A stretch of DNA of 60,589 bases, the filler included. It is 9 parts of 9 records of this genome, joined end to end, with 100 filler letters (N's around TTAATTAATTAA, not from the genome) between each part and the next. Parts side by side here need not be neighbours in the genome. Positions count along the whole stretch, not along the records: positions 6,581 to 13,152 come from SRR31156797_109146; positions 13,253 to 21,097 come from SRR31156797_109566; 7 more parts are not named here. One strand, 5' to 3'. The notes below the pieces were generated by a model. It made no database searches and was not told the origin of the DNA. It was given only the letters and a program-made list of their open reading frames with translations. Of the stretch, positions 9,675-18,896 are shown piece after piece (position 1 is the stretch's first letter; every line of letters starts with the position of its first letter). The position numbers and the translations under genes were made by a program.

Positions 9675-9929
9675 ATGAAAAAGATCATACCCTTACTATT
9701 GGTTTTATTTATTCTACTTGCTTGTAATGCGACTTTTTTCCCATCAGGATACGGTGAAACTCAAGAAAATACAGCGGCTGATTCAACACAGCAAATTGAT
9801 CCTGATTCTTACGATGATCCATATTATGGAAACCATGCGAATCATGAAAATGAGACGGCAAGAAAGCAACAGCAGGCTGAAGCAGAGAATTCAAGAAAAA
9901 CACCCTGGATGCCAAAAATCGGTTCATAA
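9675..9929 (+). CDS. Small hypothetical lipoprotein
   Basis: MKK-hydrophobic-LLAC lipobox; GGAGG RBS. Confidence 0.7.
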   Translation: MKKIIPLLLVLFILLACNATFFPSGYGETQENTAADSTQQIDPDSYDDPYYGNHANHENETARKQQQAEAENSRKTPWMPKIGS

Positions 9930-10108
9930 TAAAACATAAATTCAGCTTTTTATTAAACCCGGAGATTTCATTTATTTAATTTTTCAACGTTATTAAAACG
10001 TTTTAACGCTTCAGCTTTATTAACTTTCTTTTTAGTCTTGTGTCTTAAATATAGAGAAACTATTTTAATACTTAGGCGTAGTATAATTATTCTTAAATGA
10101 GGTGAAAC

Positions 10109-10921
10109 ATGAAAAAAATGATATTGATCCTGTTGGCAGGAGTGATCTTAAGTGGATGTTATACTACTTTGTATCCACCTGCAAACATGGATATGAGTGC
10201 CGCAAACAATATTCCGGATTCCACCCGACAAGTTGTTATCAACAATTATTACGAAACCACAGAATACTACCAGGTTCCCCATTACCAGCGTTACAGTCTG
10301 CTATGGGGCTCTTATTATTGGGATCCATTTTATTATGATTATGATTATTATCACTGGCGTCCTTACTACTGGTACGGCCATTATTACTATTATAATCCTC
10401 ACAACCATTACTGGTATTATTACGACCATCATTATCCCTGGCATCGCGGTTCCGGTAACTGGACCGGTGGAGGCAGCGGAAGCAACAACGGCAACAAGGA
10501 ACGTGTCCATAAGCCGGGTTATAATGTGCTAACCACGACATCCGGTCTTTCAAAACCCTTCGTGTCGGTAAATTCGGACAATAGTGGACGTGTCACTAAG
10601 CCGGTTAAAAAAGTCGGTATTAATGTAAATTCAGATGTGTCAAACAACGATGGCTACTATTCATCTTCTAACAGAGTCCAGTCCGTTGGTAAAAAACCCG
10701 TAAGCTCAAGTACCTCGAGCGGATCATCGAAGACCTACAAATCATCTTCGAACAAATCATCCTCTACGGTTTATAAACAAGGTAAGGTTAACTCCAGTTC
10801 TTCTACAAGCAGACCCTCTTCTTCCGGCTCTAAATCTTCAAAATCATCCAGCACCAGCAGCACATCGAGCAAGAACAGCAGAAGCGAATCATCCTCATCT
10901 TCAAGCAAAAAAAGTAAATAA
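10109..10921 (+). CDS. Lipoprotein with Tyr/His/Trp-rich core and Ser/Lys-rich disordered tail
   Basis: Lipobox LSGC; YYWDPFYYDYDYYHW.. segment; C-terminal S/K low complexity; GAGGTG RBS. Confidence 0.8.
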   Translation: MKKMILILLAGVILSGCYTTLYPPANMDMSAANNIPDSTRQVVINNYYETTEYYQVPHYQRYSLLWGSYYWDPFYYDYDYYHWRPYYWYGHYYYYNPHNHYWYYYDHHYPWHRGSGNWTGGGSGSNNGNKERVHKPGYNVLTTTSGLSKPFVSVNSDNSGRVTKPVKKVGINVNSDVSNNDGYYSSSNRVQSVGKKPVSSSTSSGSSKTYKSSSNKSSSTVYKQGKVNSSSSTSRPSSSGSKSSKSSSTSSTSSKNSRSESSSSSSKKSK

Positions 10922-12153
10922 TGGACATTAACATGAAGAAAATCATCATATTACTACTGGCAGGGCTTTTTAGCTTTGCTTTGGCACAGGACCTGATCGA
11001 CGTTATCTCTCCCTTGTATTCATACAATTTCGATGACGATCATTTCAATGGCACATATGCCTACACATACCCGCTGAGAACCTCAGTGCTGCCCTCTGGC
11101 AGTCCCATCAGTTCAGCTGCGGGGAACGCCACGGTCGCTTCGGGACAAATGATCCCCGAGTATTCGGCAAATCCCGCAAATATGGGCATGACAAAATACA
11201 GTTCCATTCAAGTGAACGGACTTTTCAATAGCTATAATGGCGTAAATGCCAACAGTCTTGGCGGCATCAATTATACGGTGTCCGTACCGGTTTACAGCGG
11301 TAGCATGACCTATGCCGCAGGCGTACAAAAAGTCACTGACCATAATCTTTATTATCAGGATGATGATATTATCCAAAGGTCAAAGGGTGGATTGTACAAT
11401 TGGCATTTCGGCGGTGCTATGGAAGTTTTGGAAGACATTTATGTCGGTGCCGATGTATCATTATTGACCGGAAAAAAAGACAATGATATTGATTTCAAAG
11501 ATCCCTTAAGTACCGTTGATGGCTTTATTGAAGAAAGCACCTATTTCGGTGCTACTGCACGAGTTGGGATGAACTATCATCTTTTGCCCGTGTTGAATGT
11601 CGGTGTATCAATGGACTTACCGTCCATGCTGGATGTAGATTATTCGATCCGCTCATACTATTCAAGCGGATCTTCGGTCAATTACGATATTACAACACCC
11701 GCAGTTTACCGTGCAGGCCTGGCGCTGACCCTGAGGGTTGTTGACCTTTACTACAGCTACGATTACACGAACCTTCAAAACCTGACCTTTAAAAGCAAAC
11801 AAATGGTGCAATCTTCAATCGATGAGATCAATCGTGAGATCACAAACAATTTCGGTGTCGTAGGTTCGCATCATATCGGCATGGCCCTTCACGTCCCTCT
11901 CCTGCCTTTGCATTTCTATTTTGGGTACCAATACCTCCCGGATGCATATCAGGGCTTGAACACCCTCTCATTGGCTAATTTGATCCCGAACGAATTGAGT
12001 GACAGGTTCACATCTTCTTTCTCTTGGGGAGCATCGTTCTTTTTAAAGCAGGGTATCAGTATTTCTGCTGCATTTGAGACATATCATACTTATTTTAACG
12101 GAGAACAGGAAAAGCCTACGAGCGCAAATCTCTCCATGGCTTATTATTTCTAA
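10921..12153 (+). CDS. Outer-membrane beta-barrel, FadL/OmpP1-like
   Basis: Sec signal peptide, AAGNATVA..SANPANMG (NPA plug motif of the FadL family), amphipathic strands, terminal aromatic YYF; TAATG overlap with the upstream gene (alternative start 10933). Confidence 0.7.
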   Translation: MDINMKKIIILLLAGLFSFALAQDLIDVISPLYSYNFDDDHFNGTYAYTYPLRTSVLPSGSPISSAAGNATVASGQMIPEYSANPANMGMTKYSSIQVNGLFNSYNGVNANSLGGINYTVSVPVYSGSMTYAAGVQKVTDHNLYYQDDDIIQRSKGGLYNWHFGGAMEVLEDIYVGADVSLLTGKKDNDIDFKDPLSTVDGFIEESTYFGATARVGMNYHLLPVLNVGVSMDLPSMLDVDYSIRSYYSSGSSVNYDITTPAVYRAGLALTLRVVDLYYSYDYTNLQNLTFKSKQMVQSSIDEINREITNNFGVVGSHHIGMALHVPLLPLHFYFGYQYLPDAYQGLNTLSLANLIPNELSDRFTSSFSWGASFFLKQGISISAAFETYHTYFNGEQEKPTSANLSMAYYF

Positions 12154-12176
12154 TAGATTTCTATTTCCTGAAAGGT

Positions 12177-12212
12177 GACGAAGGCTCAGGTGACTGGGCC
12201 TTTGTCCGTTTT
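12177..12212. terminator. Hairpin between convergent genes, probable terminator
   Basis: GACGAAGGCTCAG-GTGA-CTGGGCCTTTGTC (with G-U pairs) followed by a T run. Confidence 0.6.
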
Positions 12213-12230
12213 ATAAGAAAAAGTAACGAG

Positions 12231-12259
12231 TAAATTATCAATTAGTAATTGATAATTTA
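12231..12259. repeat. Perfect AT-rich 14-bp inverted repeat
   Basis: TAAATTATCAATTA-G-TAATTGATAATTTA. Confidence 0.75.
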
Positions 12260-12274
12260 ATTGTCCTTTGTCAA

Positions 12275-13150
12275 TTATCCATTATCAGTTGTCTTCTCTT
12301 CTTGCTTCTTTAACATCTCCTTGATATCCCGCAATTTGATTTCAGAGAAGAAGGTCAGAAAAATAACGCCAACAAGTGCGGGCAGAAGAACGTTCATAAA
12401 GAAAATGAACAGGGCGGCGCCGACTGCGGCTTCGGAAGGTACGCCATATAAACCCAAGGCATGCTCTGCGGCATTTTCCCGGAAACCCATGCCGGCAAAC
12501 GAAAGCGGGATACAACCAACACCCAGAATAAAGAAACAAACTTTCGCCTGTTCAAACCAAGTCATACCGAATTCACGCATCAATAGCCAATATTGACTGA
12601 TATAAGTAAGAAAAGTAAAGATCGTAAATGTTATATTCAGGACACCGAATTTAAAATAGGGCACGTTTTCAGGCACATGTTTTTTAAAACCTGTGGTTTT
12701 TACAAGCAAGCGGTATATCCAGAAAAATATAATGAAAATCAGGCAGAAGCCCAGCATATACCACATCTTGGGAAAGAGCAAAAAAGTAGCGATCCCAAAG
12801 AAAAAGAGAAGAACACCGGTCGAATAAAAAGCATCCAATAAAAAGGTATATAATCTTGTTTTATTGTCCCCCGGCAGTAAAAATGCTTTTCCCACTTCAC
12901 CCACCGAACCCGGAAGGATCAAACGGAAGGCAAAACCGGCGTAATGCGCGATCACTCCTTGTTTCAAAGTAAATGGCGGCATCAGCAGATGCACGGAATA
13001 TAGAAAGCGAAGGGCCTGTCCCCCGACATTCAGTAAACTAAGCCCGAAAATAGCAGCTACCAGCCATAGGGGTATTGATGTAAAATATTTCAGAAGTTCT
13101 AAACCATTCACGGAACGTGACAACCACCAAAAAAGTGCGACGGTAACCGC
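12275..13150 (-). CDS. Lysylphosphatidylglycerol-synthase TM / UPF0104 flippase-like membrane protein (5' truncated)
   Basis: Multi-pass; LPGSVGEVGK and IPLSFAGMGFRE motifs. Confidence 0.78.
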   Translation of the reverse strand, partial: AVTVALFWWLSRSVNGLELLKYFTSIPLWLVAAIFGLSLLNVGGQALRFLYSVHLLMPPFTLKQGVIAHYAGFAFRLILPGSVGEVGKAFLLPGDNKTRLYTFLLDAFYSTGVLLFFFGIATFLLFPKMWYMLGFCLIFIIFFWIYRLLVKTTGFKKHVPENVPYFKFGVLNITFTIFTFLTYISQYWLLMREFGMTWFEQAKVCFFILGVGCIPLSFAGMGFRENAAEHALGLYGVPSEAAVGAALFIFFMNVLLPALVGVIFLTFFSEIKLRDIKEMLKKQEEKTTDNG

Positions 13151-13152
13151 GA

Positions 13153-13252
13153 NNNNNNNNNNNNNNNNNNNNNNNNNNNNNNNNNNNNNNNNNNNNTTAA
13201 TTAATTAANNNNNNNNNNNNNNNNNNNNNNNNNNNNNNNNNNNNNNNNNNNN
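13153..13252. other. Artificial contig spacer
   Basis: N44-TTAATTAATTAA-N44. Confidence 0.98.
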
Positions 13253-13253
13253 G

Positions 13254-13574
13254 GATATTATGGGCGTGGATGGATACAAGCTTCTGGAAATCGCCAATGA
13301 GAAGAAAGTGCCCCCTGTCATGCTGACGGCCCATGCGTTGAGCGTAGAAGATACGGTAAAGTCTTTTAGCGGGGGAGCAGCCTCTTATGTGCCGAAAGAG
13401 GAAATGGTCCATATCATCCCATTTCTGGAAGATGTGCTGCTTGCCCGGAAAACCGGAAAGAATCTGGTGAGTCGATGGTTTGAACGGCTGGGGGCTTTTT
13501 ACGATAAGAAGTTTGGGCCGGATTGGCAGCAAAACGACAAGGAATTCTGGGAAAAATATAGATACTGGATCTAG
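13254..13574 (+). CDS. Response regulator receiver protein (5' truncated)
   Basis: DIMGVDGY phospho-acceptor region, VMLTAHA, GAASYVPK. Confidence 0.85.
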   Translation, partial: DIMGVDGYKLLEIANEKKVPPVMLTAHALSVEDTVKSFSGGAASYVPKEEMVHIIPFLEDVLLARKTGKNLVSRWFERLGAFYDKKFGPDWQQNDKEFWEKYRYWI

Positions 13575-13592
13575 CAATACATCTGAACAGAC

Positions 13593-14051
13593 CTAATAAA
13601 AATCATTATCCCGAATGACCGACCGTAGTAGCGACAGAACCTGCTTTTTCTGCTCATCGGAGAAATGTTTCATGTAGCGGGCGATGTTCGCATCCTTTTC
13701 CTTGGATATATTTTTTAAACGCTCCCTTCCTTTCGGGGTAATTTCCAGCATGGTGATCCGTTCATCCTTGGGATCGCTTTTTCTGAGAAGAAAACCATTT
13801 TTTTCCAGCCGTTTGGCGATCCCCGTCATGTTGGCGCCTGAGACCAGCATGATTTTGCCCACATTGCTGATGGTATTCTGCCGGTTTTCGGAGCTGTCCA
13901 AAACCCGCAAGACATTGTATTGTGGAAATGTAAGGCCGTAATTTTTGAAAATATTGGCGGAATTCTTTTTGAAAAATTCCGCCAATCGAACAATGGCCAT
14001 CATAACTTTTTCATCCAGGCTCAAGTCGCTTTTGTAGCCCCCATCAATCAT
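13593..14051 (-). CDS. MarR family transcriptional regulator
   Basis: GLTFPQYNVLRVL, KRLEKNGFL, DPKDERITMLEITPKG winged-helix signature. Confidence 0.92.
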   Translation of the reverse strand: MIDGGYKSDLSLDEKVMMAIVRLAEFFKKNSANIFKNYGLTFPQYNVLRVLDSSENRQNTISNVGKIMLVSGANMTGIAKRLEKNGFLLRKSDPKDERITMLEITPKGRERLKNISKEKDANIARYMKHFSDEQKKQVLSLLRSVIRDNDFY

Positions 14052-14086
14052 TATTGATCCTTTTTGTTGTATATCATTTTAAACAT

Positions 14087-14121
14087 TTTAATACATTAAA
14101 TAAGATATTCCATTCTGTCAA
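14087..14121 (-). promoter_or_regulatory. sigma70 promoter of marR overlapped by a palindromic operator
   Basis: Minus strand TTGACA (14121-14116), 17-bp spacer, TAATGT (14098-14093); palindrome TTTAAT-AC-ATTAAA at 14087-14100. Confidence 0.65.
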
Positions 14122-14244
14122 CACCTTAAATAAAAAAATCCGGTCAATAATGCCGTTTCTAGCACCTTCTCAGGGTCACCCATCCCTTTCAGGGGTTCTT
14201 TTCATTTCACCTAAATAGGAAAGAAGATAAAATTCAAAAAAAGC

Positions 14245-14293
14245 TTGACAAAGGGGCCCGGTTTTCATATCAAGAAAGAACTTAATATATTAA
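14245..14293 (+). promoter_or_regulatory. Operon promoter with downstream palindromic operator
   Basis: TTGACA 14245-14250, weak -10 TATCAA 14268-14273, perfect palindrome TTAATATATTAA 14282-14293. Confidence 0.55.
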
Positions 14294-14379
14294 CAATCAA
14301 GATATAGAGTATCAATGTGTTGAAAGTCAATCTGCTTATGGCTTTTCCGAACAACGAAAATTAAAAATGGAGGTTAACC

Positions 14380-15837
14380 ATGGACGTCAAAGCCAAGCTG
14401 TCCGAAGTCGTCGGCGTCGACAATTTTTCCGATGACCCCAACCAGTTGCAAGCCTATGCAACCGATTTCAGCTACACGCCCGCGGGGGCGCCGAATTATG
14501 TCGTAAAGCCCGGGTCTTCCGAAGAGGTCTCAAAGGTTGTGACATTCTGCAACGAAAACAAAATTCCAGTTGTGCCCGTCAGCTCAAAGGTTCATTTTTA
14601 CGGCGCCGCCATACCCAAGGAAGGCGGGGTGTTGCTCGATATGGCCCGGATGGACCGGGTGCTGGAGATCGATCCCCATAACCGGCGCGTGCGATTCGAG
14701 GCCGGCGTGACATGGGAAAAGCTGACCCGGGAACTGTCCAAAGAGGGGTTCCGGGTTATTATGCCGCTAACGCCGCCGGCAGAGCGGTCGGTTCTCACGG
14801 ACTTCATGGAACGTGAAGAGCCCACCAACCAGGTTTACGATTACGGCGAACCCCTGGAGGCCATGGAAGTGGTGTGGCCCACGGGGGAATTGTTCAGAAT
14901 GGGGTCCGCCAGCGTCAACGGTTATCCCGATTCCCCCTCCAAGGGGGGGAACCCTTCGGGTCCCGGACTCGATTTTTACCGGTTTTTTCAGTGTGCACAA
15001 GGAACTTTTGGCGTGGTCACCTGGACCAATCTCAAAATCGAATCCATTCCTAAAATGGATAAGGTCTTGTTTGCACCTGTTGATGATCTGGAATACGTCA
15101 CCGAATTTCTGTACCGAATCCTGCCCCGCCGCATCGGCCAGGAAGTGGTGCTCTTAAACAATGTGGACCTGGCCGCCATGCTGGCGGAAGATTGGCCCGC
15201 AGATTTTGACAAATTGAAAAGCACACTCCCCCCCTGGACCCTGATTCTGGTTGTCAGCGGTCTCTTAAGACGCCCGGAAGAGAAAATCGCCTATGAAATG
15301 AATTTCCTGGCGGAAGTGTTGAAGAATGAATTTTCAGACCTGAAACTGGGGGAAAACCTTCCCGGTTTCCCGGGCTTACGGAAAAAAATCCTGCCCATGC
15401 TTCGGAAACCGTGGCCCGCGGACAAGCCCCATTGGAAGAAAAGCGTCAAAGGGGCTTGCCAGAGCTTGTTTTTCCATACCCGGCCGGTTCTGGCGCAGCA
15501 GTTTGTTTACTTGGTGGAGGAGATCGCCACCCGCCACGGGTACCCCATCAGCGAAATCGGCATGTACATCCAGCCCATCGAGCATAACCGTGCCTGCCGA
15601 CCGGAATTCAATTTCTTTTATGATCCCGATGATGATGCAGAAGTGGCCGCCGTTCGCGCCCTTTACAATGAACTGGCGAAGGTGCTGTTAAACGAAGGGG
15701 CGGTCTTCACGAGACCCTATGGTGAATTGGCACCCATCGTCTATGAGAAGGCCGCGTCCTACACGGCCCATCTCAAGCGGTTGAAAAAGGTGTTTGATCC
15801 GAACAACATTATGAATCCCGGGAACCTGTGCTTCTAA
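14380..15837 (+). CDS. FAD-linked oxidoreductase, VAO/PCMH family (subunit 1)
   Basis: VVKPGSSEEV..IPVVP..LDMARMDRVLEID..EAGVTW FAD-binding domain; QGTFGVVT; C-terminal KKVFDPNNIMNPG. Confidence 0.88.
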   Translation: MDVKAKLSEVVGVDNFSDDPNQLQAYATDFSYTPAGAPNYVVKPGSSEEVSKVVTFCNENKIPVVPVSSKVHFYGAAIPKEGGVLLDMARMDRVLEIDPHNRRVRFEAGVTWEKLTRELSKEGFRVIMPLTPPAERSVLTDFMEREEPTNQVYDYGEPLEAMEVVWPTGELFRMGSASVNGYPDSPSKGGNPSGPGLDFYRFFQCAQGTFGVVTWTNLKIESIPKMDKVLFAPVDDLEYVTEFLYRILPRRIGQEVVLLNNVDLAAMLAEDWPADFDKLKSTLPPWTLILVVSGLLRRPEEKIAYEMNFLAEVLKNEFSDLKLGENLPGFPGLRKKILPMLRKPWPADKPHWKKSVKGACQSLFFHTRPVLAQQFVYLVEEIATRHGYPISEIGMYIQPIEHNRACRPEFNFFYDPDDDAEVAAVRALYNELAKVLLNEGAVFTRPYGELAPIVYEKAASYTAHLKRLKKVFDPNNIMNPGNLCF

Positions 15838-15850
15838 GGAGGGCGCGACA

Positions 15851-17176
15851 ATGGCCAATGAATTAAATGTTAGATATTACAAGCCGAAAGAGGAATTCAA
15901 GTTCGACATTACCCATATGGAGAACTTTGTCTACGATATGAGCCGGTGCATCAAATGCAAAGGGTGCACCTGGGTGGAACATACCTACATGCCCGGCGCC
16001 AAGTTCACGACCCGGTGCCCCAGCGCCACCAAGTACGAATTTGACGCTTACGGCGCCTACGGCAAAATGAGAATCGGCCACGCCATGGCCGAAGGGAAAC
16101 TGGAGTGGAACGAAAAGGGACTGGAAGTGATCTATGCCTGTACCCTTTGCGGTGCCTGCGACGTGGGCTGCAAACGGAACCTGGACCTTGAAATTGAATT
16201 GTCCCTGGAATCCCTCCGGGTGAAGGCGGTCAAGGACGGTGTGGGCCCCATGCCGGCCCACAAAAAGACGGCCGAAAAGATCGACAAAACCCACAACTGT
16301 TTCGGATCCCCCCATGAGAAACGGACCGATTGGCTGCCCGATGGCATTACCCCTTCCCAAAAAGCGGATGTGCTCTACTTCGTGGGGTGCACGGCCTCCT
16401 ATATCAACAAGGAGATCGCCCAGTCCACGGTGAAGATCTTTAAAGCCGCCGGAACCGACTTCATGCTCATGCCCGACGAATGGTGCTGCGGCAACACGGT
16501 TTTTTCCGTGGGACTCTACCACGAGGCCAAGGCATTGGCCGAGAGGAATGTGGAAGAGATGCGTAAAACCGGCGCCAAGACCCTCATTACCAGTTGCGCT
16601 GAAGGGTACCGCATGTGGAAGGTGGATTACCCGAAGCTGCTCAACATCTCAACCGCTGAACTGGGATTCGAGGTGCTGCATCTGGTGGAGTATGTGGATG
16701 ATATGGTGAAGAGCGGCGCCCTGGAACTGAAAAATTCTTTTGATACCCGCATGGCATATCACGATGCGTGCAGCCTGACGCGCCTGAGTGAACCCTGGAC
16801 TCCCTATGAAGGAAAGCGGGGATGGATGGGGTGCGTGGAGCCGAGGCTCCAGCGGCGGCGGGGCCAGAACGGGGTGTATGCACAGCCCCGGGATATTCTG
16901 AACGCCGTTCCCGGCGTGAATCTGGTGGAAATGCCGCGCATGAAGGAGAACGCTTTCTGTTGCGGCGCGGGGAGGGGAACCAAGGAAGCCTTCCCCGACT
17001 TTGCCCAATGGGCGGCACAACATCGGTTGGAAGAAGTTAAAGAAATCGGCGCCGAGACGCTCGTATCCACCTGTCCCTGGTGCAAAAATAATTTTGCCAA
17101 CGCGGTTAAGGCCAATGGCGAAAATGTGCAGGTTATGGACATTTCGGAAGTCATCTGCGCATCCATTGAGGGTTAG
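15851..17176 (+). CDS. Fe-S oxidoreductase with 4Fe-4S dicluster and two CCG domains (HdrD/GlcF-like)
   Basis: CIKCKGC..CP and CTLCGACDVGC; YFVGC..WCCG..TSC and YHDAC..FCCG..TCPWC. Confidence 0.9.
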   Translation: MANELNVRYYKPKEEFKFDITHMENFVYDMSRCIKCKGCTWVEHTYMPGAKFTTRCPSATKYEFDAYGAYGKMRIGHAMAEGKLEWNEKGLEVIYACTLCGACDVGCKRNLDLEIELSLESLRVKAVKDGVGPMPAHKKTAEKIDKTHNCFGSPHEKRTDWLPDGITPSQKADVLYFVGCTASYINKEIAQSTVKIFKAAGTDFMLMPDEWCCGNTVFSVGLYHEAKALAERNVEEMRKTGAKTLITSCAEGYRMWKVDYPKLLNISTAELGFEVLHLVEYVDDMVKSGALELKNSFDTRMAYHDACSLTRLSEPWTPYEGKRGWMGCVEPRLQRRRGQNGVYAQPRDILNAVPGVNLVEMPRMKENAFCCGAGRGTKEAFPDFAQWAAQHRLEEVKEIGAETLVSTCPWCKNNFANAVKANGENVQVMDISEVICASIEG

Positions 17177-17193
17177 GTGAAAGGAGAAATATT

Positions 17194-18795
17194 ATGGCCA
17201 TATCAAAAGAAATCTATTCAGTGATGGAAGCCGTTGTGGGCGCTTCAAATATTTCAGACGACCCGGTCATCTGCGAATCATACCGCAGCGGCCCGGGAGG
17301 GTATGAAAACGGACTGGGGTATGAACGCGTCATGACCACCATTCCGGGGTGCGTGATCATGCCTGAAAGTACGGAAGAGGTTCAGAAGATCGTCAAGGTC
17401 TGTTACCGAAACGACATCCCCTACGTACCCTACAGCACGGGTTTTTACGGACCCCGGTCACACCCGCACGTGGAAGATGCGCTCCTGATCGACCTTAAGC
17501 GCATGAATGATTTTATTCTGGATGAAAAACATTTCTATGTGGAAGTGGGTCCGGGCATGGTCTATTCGCCCATTCAGGAAGAGTGCATGAACCATGGGGC
17601 CTATGTGGTCATCGGCGGGGGCGGGGCCCAGGCCTCCGCAATCGCCAACCTTATCGGCGACGGCTGGTCCCCCTTGAGTCACCGGATCGGACTCCCCCAC
17701 CGCCGCATCCTGGGCACGGAAATGGTGATGCCCGATGGAGAAATCGTCCGCATGGGCTCTTTGACCACGGGCGACGACCCTTTCTGGGGCGAAGGTCCGG
17801 GACCGGATCTGAGGGGGTTGCTCAGAGGGTATACGGGCCTTCGGGGCTGTTTGGGCATTGTGACCCGGATGGCCATCAAAACCCTTCCCTTCCAGCCGGA
17901 ACGGCTTGAACCCACGGGGATTTCGCCCAACACTGCCTTGACCCTTCCGGAGAAAAGGGTCAAGTGGATCAATTTCACGGTCCCCTCCAAAGAAGCCCAG
18001 GTGACCGCCATGCGGGAAATCGGGCACGCCGAGATCGGCGGTGCCGTCACCAAGGTTCCTCTTTTCTGGCGGTCCATCGCCAAGGCCGAGTGCAAGGAGG
18101 AATTCTGGGACCTGTGGGGCAAGGAGACCGAGGAGAGCATCGCCAACTTCTTTATTGTTCGGGTGCTGCTCATCGGTTTTACCTCCGGGGAGCAGATGGA
18201 ATACGACGAGAAGGTGCTCATGGACATCATGGAGCCTTTGGGCGGCATTGCGCGACGCACCAAGCCCTCCGATGAATCCTGGATCAAGAACGCCGATTCC
18301 GCCGGCATGTGGCTCATGTGCGGGGGGTACGTGTCCGTGGACTATGTCATTGAAACCCTTACCCAGTCCGTGGGACACGGCCCCAGCTACGCGGAGGTGA
18401 AAAAGAAATACACCCCGCCCCTCATGCCCGACTATGGAGACCCGGGATGGTTCCAGAGTTTTGAAATGGGCCACCAGGGGTATTCGGAATTCCTGGTATA
18501 CTGGGATCCGGATGACAACACGGACGGAGTGGATCAGTTCTATCTGGATACCTCCAAAATGAACATTCAAAACCGGACCTATACGTCGCTTTTGGGGCCC
18601 CATCAGCCCCTTTACCTCACAGGGCCCAAATACGGACCCAATTATCACGAGTTTTTGCTGAAGGTGAAAGATGAATTCGATCCCAAGTGGATGAGCCATC
18701 CGCCGGTCCCTCTGGCCCACGACGTCTTTGTGGATCGTGCCCCCTGGATGCACAACATGAAAGACTGGGAGTCTCCGGAGGATCTGCCTGAATAA
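17194..18795 (+). CDS. FAD-linked oxidoreductase, VAO/PCMH family (subunit 2)
   Basis: VIMPESTEEVQKIV..LIDLKRMN..EVGPG; GPGPDLRGLLRG..GIVT; C-terminal KVKDEFDPK. Confidence 0.85.
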   Translation: MAISKEIYSVMEAVVGASNISDDPVICESYRSGPGGYENGLGYERVMTTIPGCVIMPESTEEVQKIVKVCYRNDIPYVPYSTGFYGPRSHPHVEDALLIDLKRMNDFILDEKHFYVEVGPGMVYSPIQEECMNHGAYVVIGGGGAQASAIANLIGDGWSPLSHRIGLPHRRILGTEMVMPDGEIVRMGSLTTGDDPFWGEGPGPDLRGLLRGYTGLRGCLGIVTRMAIKTLPFQPERLEPTGISPNTALTLPEKRVKWINFTVPSKEAQVTAMREIGHAEIGGAVTKVPLFWRSIAKAECKEEFWDLWGKETEESIANFFIVRVLLIGFTSGEQMEYDEKVLMDIMEPLGGIARRTKPSDESWIKNADSAGMWLMCGGYVSVDYVIETLTQSVGHGPSYAEVKKKYTPPLMPDYGDPGWFQSFEMGHQGYSEFLVYWDPDDNTDGVDQFYLDTSKMNIQNRTYTSLLGPHQPLYLTGPKYGPNYHEFLLKVKDEFDPKWMSHPPVPLAHDVFVDRAPWMHNMKDWESPEDLPE

Positions 18796-18896
18796 AGTGA
18801 GTGGGCTCAGAGGTCGGCGCTTTATGCCTTGATATGCTTTCTGAGCCCATAACCCATGATCTATTAACTGTAATTTCTACGGAAGGAGAATGCCTT

